NCBI GenBank assembly: GCA_035646355.1
Contig: DASRPN010000155.1
Location: forward strand, 10,711-74,710
Source of the DNA: Pyrinomonadaceae bacterium
Lineage (GTDB): Bacteria > Acidobacteriota > Blastocatellia > Pyrinomonadales > Pyrinomonadaceae
Direction: 5' to 3'
DNA length: 64,000 nt
Each line of letters starts with the position of its first letter. Within the stretch, counting starts at the first letter, position 1. Below, one piece after another: positions 9,940 to 18,409 of the stretch. The notes under the pieces are model-generated. The model did no database searches, was not told the DNA's origin, and saw nothing but the letters and a program-made list of their open reading frames with translations. A program made the translations under genes and the position numbers.

Positions 9940-10644
9940 ATGCTTTCACTCGAAAACGTTTCAGTAAACTACGGCGCGATTGAAGCTCTCACGGGCGTGT
10001 CGCTGCACGTCGAGCTGGGCGAAGTCGTGACGCTGATCGGGGCCAACGGCGCCGGAAAGACAACCACGCTGCGCACGATCACCGGACTACTTCAACCACG
10101 GCAGGGCCGAGTAGTTTTTGAAGGTGAAGACATCAGCGCCAAGCCCACGCACAAACTGGTCGCGCGCGGGATCTCGATGTCGCCCGAGGGACGCGGCGTA
10201 TTCGCGAACCTCTCGGTTCGCGAGAACCTGAACATGGGCGCCTACCTGAAGAAAAACAAAGCTGAGATCGCCGCCGACATGGACCGCGCGTTCAAGATGT
10301 TTCCGCGTTTGAAAGAACGGGAGGCGCAGAAAGCAGGAACACTCTCCGGCGGTGAGCAACAGATGCTCGCTATCGGACGCGCGTTGATGTCAAAGCCGCG
10401 GCTTTTATTACTCGACGAACCGTCGCTGGGTCTCGCACCGCTCGTCGTGCACACCATCTTTGAAGCGATCGACGAGATCAAAAGTAAGGGCACTACGATT
10501 CTGCTGGTCGAGCAGAACGCGCACGCTGCCCTGGGCCACTCCGATCGGGCTTACGTTTTGGAGACGGGAAGAATAGTTATGGAAGGCCCATCGAAGGACC
10601 TGGCCAACGACCCCCGGATTAAAGAAGCTTACCTTGGTGAGTAG
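9940..10644 (+). CDS. livF: Branched-chain amino-acid ABC ATP-binding protein LivF
   Basis: Walker A GANGAGKTT, signature LSGGEQQML, Walker B LLLLDEPS, C-terminus DPRIKEAYLG. Confidence 0.9.
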   Translation: MLSLENVSVNYGAIEALTGVSLHVELGEVVTLIGANGAGKTTTLRTITGLLQPRQGRVVFEGEDISAKPTHKLVARGISMSPEGRGVFANLSVRENLNMGAYLKKNKAEIAADMDRAFKMFPRLKEREAQKAGTLSGGEQQMLAIGRALMSKPRLLLLDEPSLGLAPLVVHTIFEAIDEIKSKGTTILLVEQNAHAALGHSDRAYVLETGRIVMEGPSKDLANDPRIKEAYLGE

Positions 10645-10694
10645 ATTACGCGTTAGCAGTCAGTCAATTCAGTGGTGTCTTAGCTTGCTAGCAT

Positions 10695-10784
10695 TCTCTG
10701 CGTACCTCCGCGATCCTCTGCGACTCTGCGGTAAACGAACCGCAAAACGTATAAACCGCAGAGACGCAGAGGACCGCAGAGAGG
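10695..10784. repeat. Word-repeat hairpin element D (CTCTGCG type)
   Basis: TCTCTGCGTACCTCCGCGATCCTCTGCGACTCTGCGG ... CCGCAGAGACGCAGAGGACCGCAGAGAGG. Confidence 0.85.
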
Positions 10785-10867
10785 AAATCAAGACCCTACC
10801 GTCAATTCCGAAAGCCCCCCGGCAGCAGCATACGAGTCTCCACTTACAAAAGATAATCCTTCCGGTC

Positions 10868-12067
10868 GTGCTGGTGATGCTGGCACTGGCGTTTTCCTGC
10901 TCGCGCGACACCGCTGAGAACACAAATCAACCAGACCGCAGCACGATCAAAATCGGTTACTTCGGCGATCTGAGTGGTCCAACTTTCAACTTCGGACAGT
11001 CCGGGATCAACGGCGTGCTTATGGCCGCCGATAACATTAACCAGGCCGGAGGCATTAACGGCCGGCGCATCGACGTCGTGATCCAGGATGACAAGGGCAG
11101 TCCGGAAGAAGCGGCACGCCTCACGGCAAAACTGATCGATCAGGACAAGGTGGTAGCGATCATCGGCGGCGGCACGTCGGGGAACAGTCGCGCGGCCGCG
11201 CCACGGGCACAGTCGTCGCATGTGCCGCTGATCTCGCCCTCGTCAACTGACCCCGCGGTGACGCTCGTCGGCGATTACATCTTTCGCGCGTGTTTTGTCG
11301 ACGAGTTTCAGGGCGAAGTGATGGCAAGTTTCGCCTTCAACTCACTCAAAGCACGCAAGGCCGCGATACTTTTCGATTTCAACTCCCCGTACGGACGCGG
11401 TTTGACAAGCTTCTTTCAGGCGAGTTTCAAACGTCTCGGCGGACAAATCGTTAACGAGCAGTCGTACACGCAGGGCGACGTCGAATTCAAGGGTCAGTTA
11501 AGTTCGATCAAGGCGTCTGAACCTGACGTGATTTACATTCCGGGCTACTACGGCGATGTCACGTTGATTGCCAAACAAGCTCGGCAACTTGGTCTTACGC
11601 AACCGTTGCTCGGCGGCGATGGGTGGGACGCGCCTGAGCTGTGGCCGCTGGGAGGCGACGCTCTGAACGGTTCGTACATCTCGACGCACTATTCAGTTGA
11701 CGATCCTTCGCCGGCGATTCGCTCGTTCGTGGACGAGTACATGCGACGTTACGGCAACCTCGCGCCGGACGCACATGCCGCGTTGGCCTACGACGCTGCG
11801 CGAATTCTCTTCGCCGCAATTACGCGCGCCGGATCGACCGAAGGAGCAAAAGTGCGCGAAGCCCTGGCGCAAACGAAAGACTTCAACGGCGTGACGGGGA
11901 TGATCAGTATGGACCGACACCGCAACTCAGTGAAACCAGCAGTTGTGTTGAAGTTGATGGATGTGAGGTTTATTTACCAGGAGACGATTCAGCCAATTCG
12001 CGTCGAGCATTCGCCAGCGACTCCTTCACCGACGCCCTCGCCGTCCCGCCGGTCTGCGACTTCCTAG
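10868..12067 (+). CDS. Branched-chain amino-acid ABC transporter substrate-binding lipoprotein, copy 2 (paralogue of 5622..6920)
   Basis: ORF 10634..12067, but its first ~75 codons read through element D. The mature part aligns along its whole length with copy 1. Lipobox LALAFSC. The true start is uncertain: in-frame GTG 10868, GTG 10874 or ATG 10877. Pro/Ser/Thr-rich C-terminal tail. Confidence 0.8.
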   Translation: MLVMLALAFSCSRDTAENTNQPDRSTIKIGYFGDLSGPTFNFGQSGINGVLMAADNINQAGGINGRRIDVVIQDDKGSPEEAARLTAKLIDQDKVVAIIGGGTSGNSRAAAPRAQSSHVPLISPSSTDPAVTLVGDYIFRACFVDEFQGEVMASFAFNSLKARKAAILFDFNSPYGRGLTSFFQASFKRLGGQIVNEQSYTQGDVEFKGQLSSIKASEPDVIYIPGYYGDVTLIAKQARQLGLTQPLLGGDGWDAPELWPLGGDALNGSYISTHYSVDDPSPAIRSFVDEYMRRYGNLAPDAHAALAYDAARILFAAITRAGSTEGAKVREALAQTKDFNGVTGMISMDRHRNSVKPAVVLKLMDVRFIYQETIQPIRVEHSPATPSPTPSPSRRSATS

Positions 12068-13325
12068 TTAACGTTTGTTCTAGAGACAACGCGTCGTAGA
12101 CGTCCGTGTCGATGAGCGATGAGAACGTCTTTAATTCTTCGAGACTTATCTCTTCCATCTGTGTTTTCAGTTCGATCGCACGGACCACGACTCTACCGAC
12201 GATCTCATGCGCGTCTCGAAACGGCATTCCTTTGCGGACAAGATAATCGGCAAGCTCGGTTGCATTCATATAACCGCCGAGTGAGGGTTTGGTGACGGTG
12301 ATGTTTGTTAGAACGATGCTCGTCACTTGCAACGACGCCGTAACAGTATCGAACGCGTCAAACACCGCCTCCTTGTCTTCTTGCATGTCTTTGTTGTAAG
12401 CGAGCGGCAGACCTTTCAACGTCGTCAGCAGTCCAAGCAAGTCTCCAAACACACGACCCGCCTTTCCGCGTACCAGTTCCATCGAATCCGGATTCTTCTT
12501 CTGCGGCATCAGACTCGATCCGGTGGCAATCGCATCACCCAACTCGAAAAACCCAAACTCAGTCGTCGCATACACAATCACGTCTTCAGCCAACCGCGAC
12601 AGGTGGACCATGATCAACGAACACGCACTGAGGAACTCAACACAGAAATCGCGATCGCTGACGGCGTCGAGACTGTTTTTCGTCACATCTTCAAAACCAA
12701 GCGACTGCGCGAGTGCGGCGCGATCGATCGGAAACGATGTACCCGCCAGCGCTGCTGATCCCAGCGGCATGACGTTCACACGCCGGCGAGTATCGATCAG
12801 CCGTTCGCGATCGCGCGACAACATCTCGAAGTATGCGAGACACCAGTGCGCCAGCAACACAGGTTGCGCCCGTTGCAAGTGCGTGTACCCGGGAATGACG
12901 ATTTCGGAGTTCGCGTCAGCAAAGTCGAGCAGCGCGGTTTGCGTGAGTCGAAGCGTTGCGTCGAGGTTGTCGATGCCCTGGCGCAGCCAGAGTCGAAAGT
13001 CGGTGGCGACTTGATCGTTGCGGCTGCGTCCGGTATGCAGCTTCCTCCCTGCGTCGCCAATCAATTCGACTAATCGCGCCTCGACAAAGGAGTGCACGTC
13101 TTCTTCTGGCGCGTCATCCTGGCAACCACGGTCGAAAATCTTCTTGAGAGCATCACGGATCTGCGCACCCTCTTCCGCGGTGATAACTCGCGCGTTTTCG
13201 AGCGCTTCGGTGTACGCGATGCTCGCCGTTACATCAGCCTCAAACAGCCGGCGGTCGAAACGAAATGAGTTATTAAAGGCCGCGAAGCCGGGATCCGTCT
13301 TGTCCTTGAATCTGCCACCCCACAT
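11970..13325 (-). CDS. argH: Argininosuccinate lyase
   Basis: ORF 11970..13361. Start moved to ATG 13325 (MWGGRF...), with AAGGAG upstream. Fumarate-lyase signature GSSLMPQKKNPD. Confidence 0.92.
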   Translation of the reverse strand: MWGGRFKDKTDPGFAAFNNSFRFDRRLFEADVTASIAYTEALENARVITAEEGAQIRDALKKIFDRGCQDDAPEEDVHSFVEARLVELIGDAGRKLHTGRSRNDQVATDFRLWLRQGIDNLDATLRLTQTALLDFADANSEIVIPGYTHLQRAQPVLLAHWCLAYFEMLSRDRERLIDTRRRVNVMPLGSAALAGTSFPIDRAALAQSLGFEDVTKNSLDAVSDRDFCVEFLSACSLIMVHLSRLAEDVIVYATTEFGFFELGDAIATGSSLMPQKKNPDSMELVRGKAGRVFGDLLGLLTTLKGLPLAYNKDMQEDKEAVFDAFDTVTASLQVTSIVLTNITVTKPSLGGYMNATELADYLVRKGMPFRDAHEIVGRVVVRAIELKTQMEEISLEELKTFSSLIDTDVYDALSLEQTLTRKSQTGGTARASVKESLANARRELAESSPGK

Positions 13326-13365
13326 AAACCAAAAGTCTCCTTGACTACGTCCAACTCGCATGCTA

Positions 13366-13410
13366 GTTTATGCATCTATGCAACGATTATGCAAGTTGGT
13401 TGCATAAGTT
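13366..13410. promoter_or_regulatory. Putative ArgR operator(s) in the argH / argR divergent promoter region
   Basis: Three direct TATGCA(A/T) half-sites are followed by the perfect palindrome TTATGCAA-gttgg-TTGCATAA (13387-13407), 7 nt upstream of the argR ATG. Layout resembles tandem ARG boxes. Confidence 0.5.
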
Positions 13411-13413
13411 GGC

Positions 13414-13836
13414 ATGAATAAGCGCGACCGTCAGCAGAAGATTTTGAGCCTGATTCGAGCCAAGCCCATCGGCACGCAGGAAGACTTGCGTGCTCTGCTC
13501 GAGAAGTCCGGCGTGCCGGCCACGCAGTCGAGCGTGTCTCGCGATTTGGAAGAGCTCGGCGTCGTCAAGCACCACGGCCATTACACGCTGCCGCGAACAA
13601 ATGGCGCGGCTGCGCGCGGCCTGCTGAGTTTAGACCACGCGGGCGACAGTTTGGTAATCGCCCGCACCGTGCCGGGACTCGCGTCGGCAGTAGCAGTCGA
13701 GATCGACGCCGCCGCGATCCCTGAGATCGTCGGCACGATTGCTGGCGAAGACACCATCTTTATTGCAGTACGCGATCAGAAAATGACCGTAAAGAAAGTT
13801 TGGAAGTTATTTGGGACCGCGGATGAAAACAATTAA
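13414..13836 (+). CDS. argR: Arginine repressor ArgR
   Basis: 140 aa. N-terminal winged-helix pattern (RQQKILSLI....[28 protein letters not shown]) and C-terminal oligomerisation/arginine-binding pattern ([11 protein letters not shown]). Confidence 0.88.
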   Translation: MNKRDRQQKILSLIRAKPIGTQEDLRALLEKSGVPATQSSVSRDLEELGVVKHHGHYTLPRTNGAAARGLLSLDHAGDSLVIARTVPGLASAVAVEIDAAAIPEIVGTIAGEDTIFIAVRDQKMTVKKVWKLFGTADENN

Positions 13837-15016
13837 GAAGATAGTTTTGGCTTATTCGGGTGGTCTCGACACTTCGGTCATGCTCCGCTGGCTCAAAGAG
13901 CACTACGACTGCGAGGTCGTTTGCTACTGCGCCGACGTGGGCCAGGGCGCCGAGTTGTCGGGTCTTGAAGAGAAAGCCCACGCGACCGGAGCGTCGAAAC
14001 TTTACGTGGAAGATCTGCGCGAGGAGTTTGTGCGCGATTACGTTTGGACCGCGGTTAAAGCGAATGCGGTTTACGAAGGTGTTTATCTGATGGGCACTTC
14101 CCTCGCCCGTCCTGTGATCGCGAAACGGCAGATCGAGATTGCGCAAAAAGAGGGCGCGGACGCGGTGGCCCACGGGGCGACCGGCAAAGGAAACGATCAG
14201 GTCCGCTTCGAGCTGACTTACTACGCGCTGCAACCGGACATCAAGGTGATCGCGCCGTGGCGCGAGTGGGAGTACAAGGGACGGGCAGATTTAATCGCTT
14301 ACGCGAAAGAGCACGGCATCCCGGTCACGGCCACGGCCGAGAAACCATACTCGACTGATGCGAACTTGATGCACATCTCGTACGAGGGCGGCATCCTCGA
14401 GGACCCGTGGGCCGAACCGCCGGAGAACATCTTTCAGCTCACGCGCTCGCCTGAGAACGCAAGTGCCGAAGCGCAGTACGTCGAGATCTCTTTCGAGAAA
14501 GGTGAGCCGGTGGCGGTTGACGGGCGCCGGCTTGATCCGGTCACGCTGCTTGAGACCTTGAATGGATTGGGCGGCGCGCACGGGATTGGTCGTGTCGATC
14601 TCGTCGAGAATCGCTTCGTGGGGATGAAGTCGCGCGGCGTGTACGAGACGCCCGGCGTCACGATGCTGCACGCAGCGCATCGCGCGCTCGAGTCAATAAC
14701 TCTCGATCGCGAAGTCATGCACCTGCGCGATTCGCTGGGTGTGAAGTTCGCCGAGAGCGTGTATTACGGTTTCTGGTTTGCGCCGGAATTCAAGCTCATG
14801 AGCAAGCTGATTGACGAAACGCAGGTCAAGGTAACTGGCGACGTGCGTCTTAAGCTTTATCGCGGAAATACGATCGTCGTCGGACGTCGTTCACCGAATT
14901 CGTTGTACGACGAGAACATCGCCACGTTTGAAGCCGACACCGTTTACAACCAGCGCGATGCTGAAGGATTTATCAAGCTCAATGCGTTACGCCTGCGATT
15001 AGGGGGGCAAAGGTAA
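13823..15016 (+). CDS. argG: Argininosuccinate synthase
   Basis: ORF 13811..15016. Likely ATG 13823 ([18 protein letters not shown], the N-type ATP-PPase motif). Overlaps the argR 3' end by 14 nt. Confidence 0.92.
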   Translation: MKTIKKIVLAYSGGLDTSVMLRWLKEHYDCEVVCYCADVGQGAELSGLEEKAHATGASKLYVEDLREEFVRDYVWTAVKANAVYEGVYLMGTSLARPVIAKRQIEIAQKEGADAVAHGATGKGNDQVRFELTYYALQPDIKVIAPWREWEYKGRADLIAYAKEHGIPVTATAEKPYSTDANLMHISYEGGILEDPWAEPPENIFQLTRSPENASAEAQYVEISFEKGEPVAVDGRRLDPVTLLETLNGLGGAHGIGRVDLVENRFVGMKSRGVYETPGVTMLHAAHRALESITLDREVMHLRDSLGVKFAESVYYGFWFAPEFKLMSKLIDETQVKVTGDVRLKLYRGNTIVVGRRSPNSLYDENIATFEADTVYNQRDAEGFIKLNALRLRLGGQR

Positions 15017-15017
15017 T

Positions 15018-15169
15018 GAATGCGAAATTGCGGGATTGCGAAATTGCGGATTTGGCAGAGCGCAGAATTGTCCAATTGCCAGATGTCGAGAACGGCACGT
15101 CGCGGAATGAGTTCGAACTGCTGAACTCGACCAATGCCGCAATTTCGCAATCTCACGATTCCGCAATGG
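15018..15169. repeat. Word-repeat hairpin element E (ATTGCG type)
   Basis: GAATGCGAAATTGCGGGATTGCGAAATTGCGGATTTGG ... CCAATGCCGCAATTTCGCAATCTCACGATTCCGCAATGG. The loop holds a second small palindrome, GAGTTCgaactgctGAACTC. Confidence 0.8.
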
Positions 15170-16209
15170 TTTCCGTCGTTGATGTCGATAAAATCGGATC
15201 GGCCACGTCGCCGCTTGGATTGGCGAAGACCGTCGGTTTCGTAAGTTCATCGTCGTCAACGCGTGCGGGAGATGTTGTTGTCGTGCGCGCGCTGACTGAC
15301 AGTGCGACTTACAACATGCTCGAGCTGCCCACAGGACGTTTGGCGAAGATTAATCCGGGCGACATGTTGATTGGCGTGCTTGGTCGCCGGCGTGCGTTGA
15401 AGGGTTTCGTCGGCGACGTTCCTGCTAGCGTGAAAGCAGGAGACGAACTTCATTTGCTCAACATGGGCGGTGTGATTGGTTGTTGCACCGGACATCACTC
15501 GAGTCTTGGCGAGGCGATTAAGCTGGAAGTGATTGGACTCGTGTGTGATGAAGACGGCCAGGTGCTGAACATCGCAAACGCCGCGTTACCATTGCGCGCA
15601 CGACTGGGTAAAACCGCGCCGATCGTAATGATCGCCGGCACTAGTATGAACAGCGGCAAGACGTACGCCGCTACTGAGTTAATTAAACAAGCGACGCGAG
15701 CGGGGTTGAAAGTTGCCGCCGCTAAACTATCCGGTGTGGCCTGTCTGCGTGACACGCTGAACATGGCAGACCACGGAGCTGTTGCCACTGCGAGTTTTCT
15801 CGATTGCGGTTTGCCTTCGACTGTTGACGTCGAAGACCTTGCGCCGATGGCGAAAGCCATCATCGCGAAACTAAATGAGATCGCGCCTGATCTGATCGTC
15901 ATCGAGTTAGGCGACGGCATTCTCGGCGGCTATTCAGTCGATACAGTATTCAGCGATGTGGAGTTGCTGGATGCGACCGCGGCGCTGGTGTTCTGTGCGT
16001 CTGACTACGTTGGGGCGTGGGGAGGGATCGAGTTGTTGCGACGGCGCGGTGTCGAGGTCGATGTGGTTTCCGGTTCGGTTACTGACTCGCGCATGGGCGG
16101 CGACTACATCAAGTCGCAGTTCAATGTGCCGGCAGCTAATGCGCGGCGTGAAGGTGAAACGTTGTTTGAGTTGGTGATGGCTAAAGTTGGAGCAACAGTA
16201 GCAGTCTGA
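15166..16209 (+). CDS. Uncharacterised two-domain protein with a dethiobiotin-synthetase/CobQ/DUF1611-type P-loop, embedded in the arg operon
   Basis: ORF 15016..16209, whose first 50 codons are encoded by repeat element E. In-frame ATG 15166 gives 347 aa. GTSMNSGKT (G-x5-GKT) lies at 15637-15663, then IVIELGDG. Stop is 2 nt before the argC ATG. Confidence 0.6.
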   Translation: MVSVVDVDKIGSATSPLGLAKTVGFVSSSSSTRAGDVVVVRALTDSATYNMLELPTGRLAKINPGDMLIGVLGRRRALKGFVGDVPASVKAGDELHLLNMGGVIGCCTGHHSSLGEAIKLEVIGLVCDEDGQVLNIANAALPLRARLGKTAPIVMIAGTSMNSGKTYAATELIKQATRAGLKVAAAKLSGVACLRDTLNMADHGAVATASFLDCGLPSTVDVEDLAPMAKAIIAKLNEIAPDLIVIELGDGILGGYSVDTVFSDVELLDATAALVFCASDYVGAWGGIELLRRRGVEVDVVSGSVTDSRMGGDYIKSQFNVPAANARREGETLFELVMAKVGATVAV

Positions 16210-16211
16210 CG

Positions 16212-17234
16212 ATGAATAAAATCCGTGTGGCAATCCTTGGTGGTTCTGGTTACGGCGGCTCCGAGCTGCTGCGTATTCTGCTGTCTCATCCGAACGTCGA
16301 ACTGGCGCTCGTAACGGCGAACGAACACGCGGGCAAGGCCGTCGGCGAAGTGCACCGCAATCTCAATGGGCTGACTGATCTTAATTTTGTTGCAGCGCCG
16401 GAAAGCATCGATACCGTCGATTGCGTTTTCCTCGCGCTCCCGCACGGGCGGGCAATGGACATCGTTCCGCGACTGCCCGGTGAAACCAAGGCGATCGATC
16501 TGTCGGGCGATTTTCGACTGCGCGATCAAGCTGTTTTCGAGAAGCACTACAAACAACCGCACACCGCGATGGGAGTTCAGGCGGAGTTTGTTTATGGTCT
16601 GACTGAGACAAATCGCGAAGCAATTAAGAACGCGCGACTGATCGCTAACCCCGGCTGTTTTGCTACTGCAACGCTACTCGGACTAGCGCCTCTCGTTGCG
16701 AACGGCGTGCTCACCGGTCGCGTGATCGTTGACGCGAAGACGGGATCATCGGGTTCGGGCGCTAAAGCGGCGGCTAACACGCATCACCCGCAACGCATGA
16801 ACTCGTTCTACGCGTACAAGCCATTCACGCATCAGCACGTGCCCGAGATCGAACAAGAACTCGAACACGTCGGCGATTGGACCAACGAACTCGTCTTCAT
16901 GACACACTCGCTGCCGCTGTCGCGCGGGATCTTTGCGTCAATTTATGCTGAGACAAAAACAGATCACACCGAAGATCAATTGCGAACAATGTTCGCAGAT
17001 TATTATCGCGACTCCTTCTTCGTCCGGCTGGTAAACGGTTCGCCTGACATCAACTGGGTGAAGACGACTAACTTCTGCGACATCGGATTTGCGGTGCGCG
17101 CAAACTCCATCGTGGTCTTCTCTGCGATCGACAATCTCGTGAAAGGCGCCGCCGGTCAAGCAGTGCAGAACATGAATCTTATGTTTGGTCTGGATGAAAA
17201 GACCGGTTTGATGCTGGTCGGTACAAATCCGTGA
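16212..17234 (+). CDS. argC: N-acyl-gamma-glutamyl-phosphate reductase
   Basis: 340 aa. GGSGYGG NAD(P) loop and active-site NPGCFAT motif. Confidence 0.92.
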   Translation: MNKIRVAILGGSGYGGSELLRILLSHPNVELALVTANEHAGKAVGEVHRNLNGLTDLNFVAAPESIDTVDCVFLALPHGRAMDIVPRLPGETKAIDLSGDFRLRDQAVFEKHYKQPHTAMGVQAEFVYGLTETNREAIKNARLIANPGCFATATLLGLAPLVANGVLTGRVIVDAKTGSSGSGAKAAANTHHPQRMNSFYAYKPFTHQHVPEIEQELEHVGDWTNELVFMTHSLPLSRGIFASIYAETKTDHTEDQLRTMFADYYRDSFFVRLVNGSPDINWVKTTNFCDIGFAVRANSIVVFSAIDNLVKGAAGQAVQNMNLMFGLDEKTGLMLVGTNP

Positions 17235-18409
17235 AATCCGTAAAATCCGTGGTTCAGATCGAGGACGAGTTTCAGCTCGGCACTTATAAAAAAATGCCTA
17301 TCGCCGCTGAACGTGGCGATGGTGTGTGGATCTACACGACTGACGGCGACAAGTATCTCGATCTTTACGGCGGGCACGCTGTCGCCGGCACCGGGCATTG
17401 TCATCCACACGTGGTGCAGGCCATCGGCAAGCAGTCGGAGAAATTGTTGTTTTATTCGAACCTCGTCTACTCCGCCGCACGCGCGCGCGCAGCGGAACGG
17501 CTGATTTCGATCGCGCCCGCAGCATTGACCAAAGCTTTCTTCTGCAATTCCGGTACGGAAGCAAACGAGAACGCTATGCGTATGGCGCGCATGGCAACGG
17601 ACCGCGAAAACATCATCACCTTCAGCGGCGGATTTCACGGGCGTACAGCCGATTCGATTAGCGCGACGTTCCTGGGCAAGTATCGCGAACTCGGTCGACC
17701 AAACGTTCCCGGGCACTTGGAAGCAACGTTTGGCGATGTCGAATCGGTACGCGCGCTGGTTGACGAAAACGTCGCCGCGATCATGCTCGAACCGATCCAG
17801 TCGATGGCCGGCGTGCTCATGGCCCAACCCAAGTTTTATCGTGAACTGCGCGAGTTATGCGACGAATTTGGCGTGGTGCTGATCTACGACGAGGTGCAGA
17901 CCGGAGTAGGTCGCACCGGTGAATGGTTCTTCGCCGGAAACACAGCAGGTGACGGCGTCGTGCCCGACATCGTAACGCTGGCGAAGGCGCTCGGCAGCGG
18001 CGTGCCTGTCGGCGCGTGCCTGGTCACCGAAGCCATCAGTTCGCACATCAAAGAAAACGATCTCGGAACCACGTTTGGCGGCGGCATGTTGGCAATGGCG
18101 GCTGTGACCGCTACTCTTGAAGCGATCCAAAACGATGGAATGCTGGGGAACGTCAAAGCCGTCGAAGCACGCCTGCGAGAGCGATTGCGCGAGATCGAAC
18201 AGGTGGTTGCTGTCCGCGGTCTCGGCTTCTTGTTGGGAATTGAGTTCAAGGATAAAGCCGCACCCATTCACAAAGCGTTGCTCGACCGTAAAATCATTAC
18301 CGGAACGTCAAGCGACGCAAACGTTTTGCGGTTGCTGCCACCACTATGCTTAGGGATGGACCATGTGGATTTGTTTGTTGAGCAGCTAGGGGCGATATGC
18401 ACTTCCTAA
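17231..18409 (+). CDS. argD: Acetyl/succinyl-ornithine aminotransferase (class III PLP aminotransferase)
   Basis: 392 aa. GTEANE and DEVQTG...TLAKALG (PLP lysine) motifs. GTG start overlaps the argC stop (GTGA). Confidence 0.9.
   Translation: MKSVKSVVQIEDEFQLGTYKKMPIAAERGDGVWIYTTDGDKYLDLYGGHAVAGTGHCHPHVVQAIGKQSEKLLFYSNLVYSAARARAAERLISIAPAALTKAFFCNSGTEANENAMRMARMATDRENIITFSGGFHGRTADSISATFLGKYRELGRPNVPGHLEATFGDVESVRALVDENVAAIMLEPIQSMAGVLMAQPKFYRELRELCDEFGVVLIYDEVQTGVGRTGEWFFAGNTAGDGVVPDIVTLAKALGSGVPVGACLVTEAISSHIKENDLGTTFGGGMLAMAAVTATLEAIQNDGMLGNVKAVEARLRERLREIEQVVAVRGLGFLLGIEFKDKAAPIHKALLDRKIITGTSSDANVLRLLPPLCLGMDHVDLFVEQLGAICTS

Noticed and set aside
15016-15165. ATG at 15016 (TAATG overlap with the argG stop) as the true start of the P-loop gene.
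   Set aside because: The 50 extra codons are encoded entirely by hairpin element E, like the artificial extensions of other genes next to such elements. I kept it as an alternative because the frame is open and I cannot exclude it.
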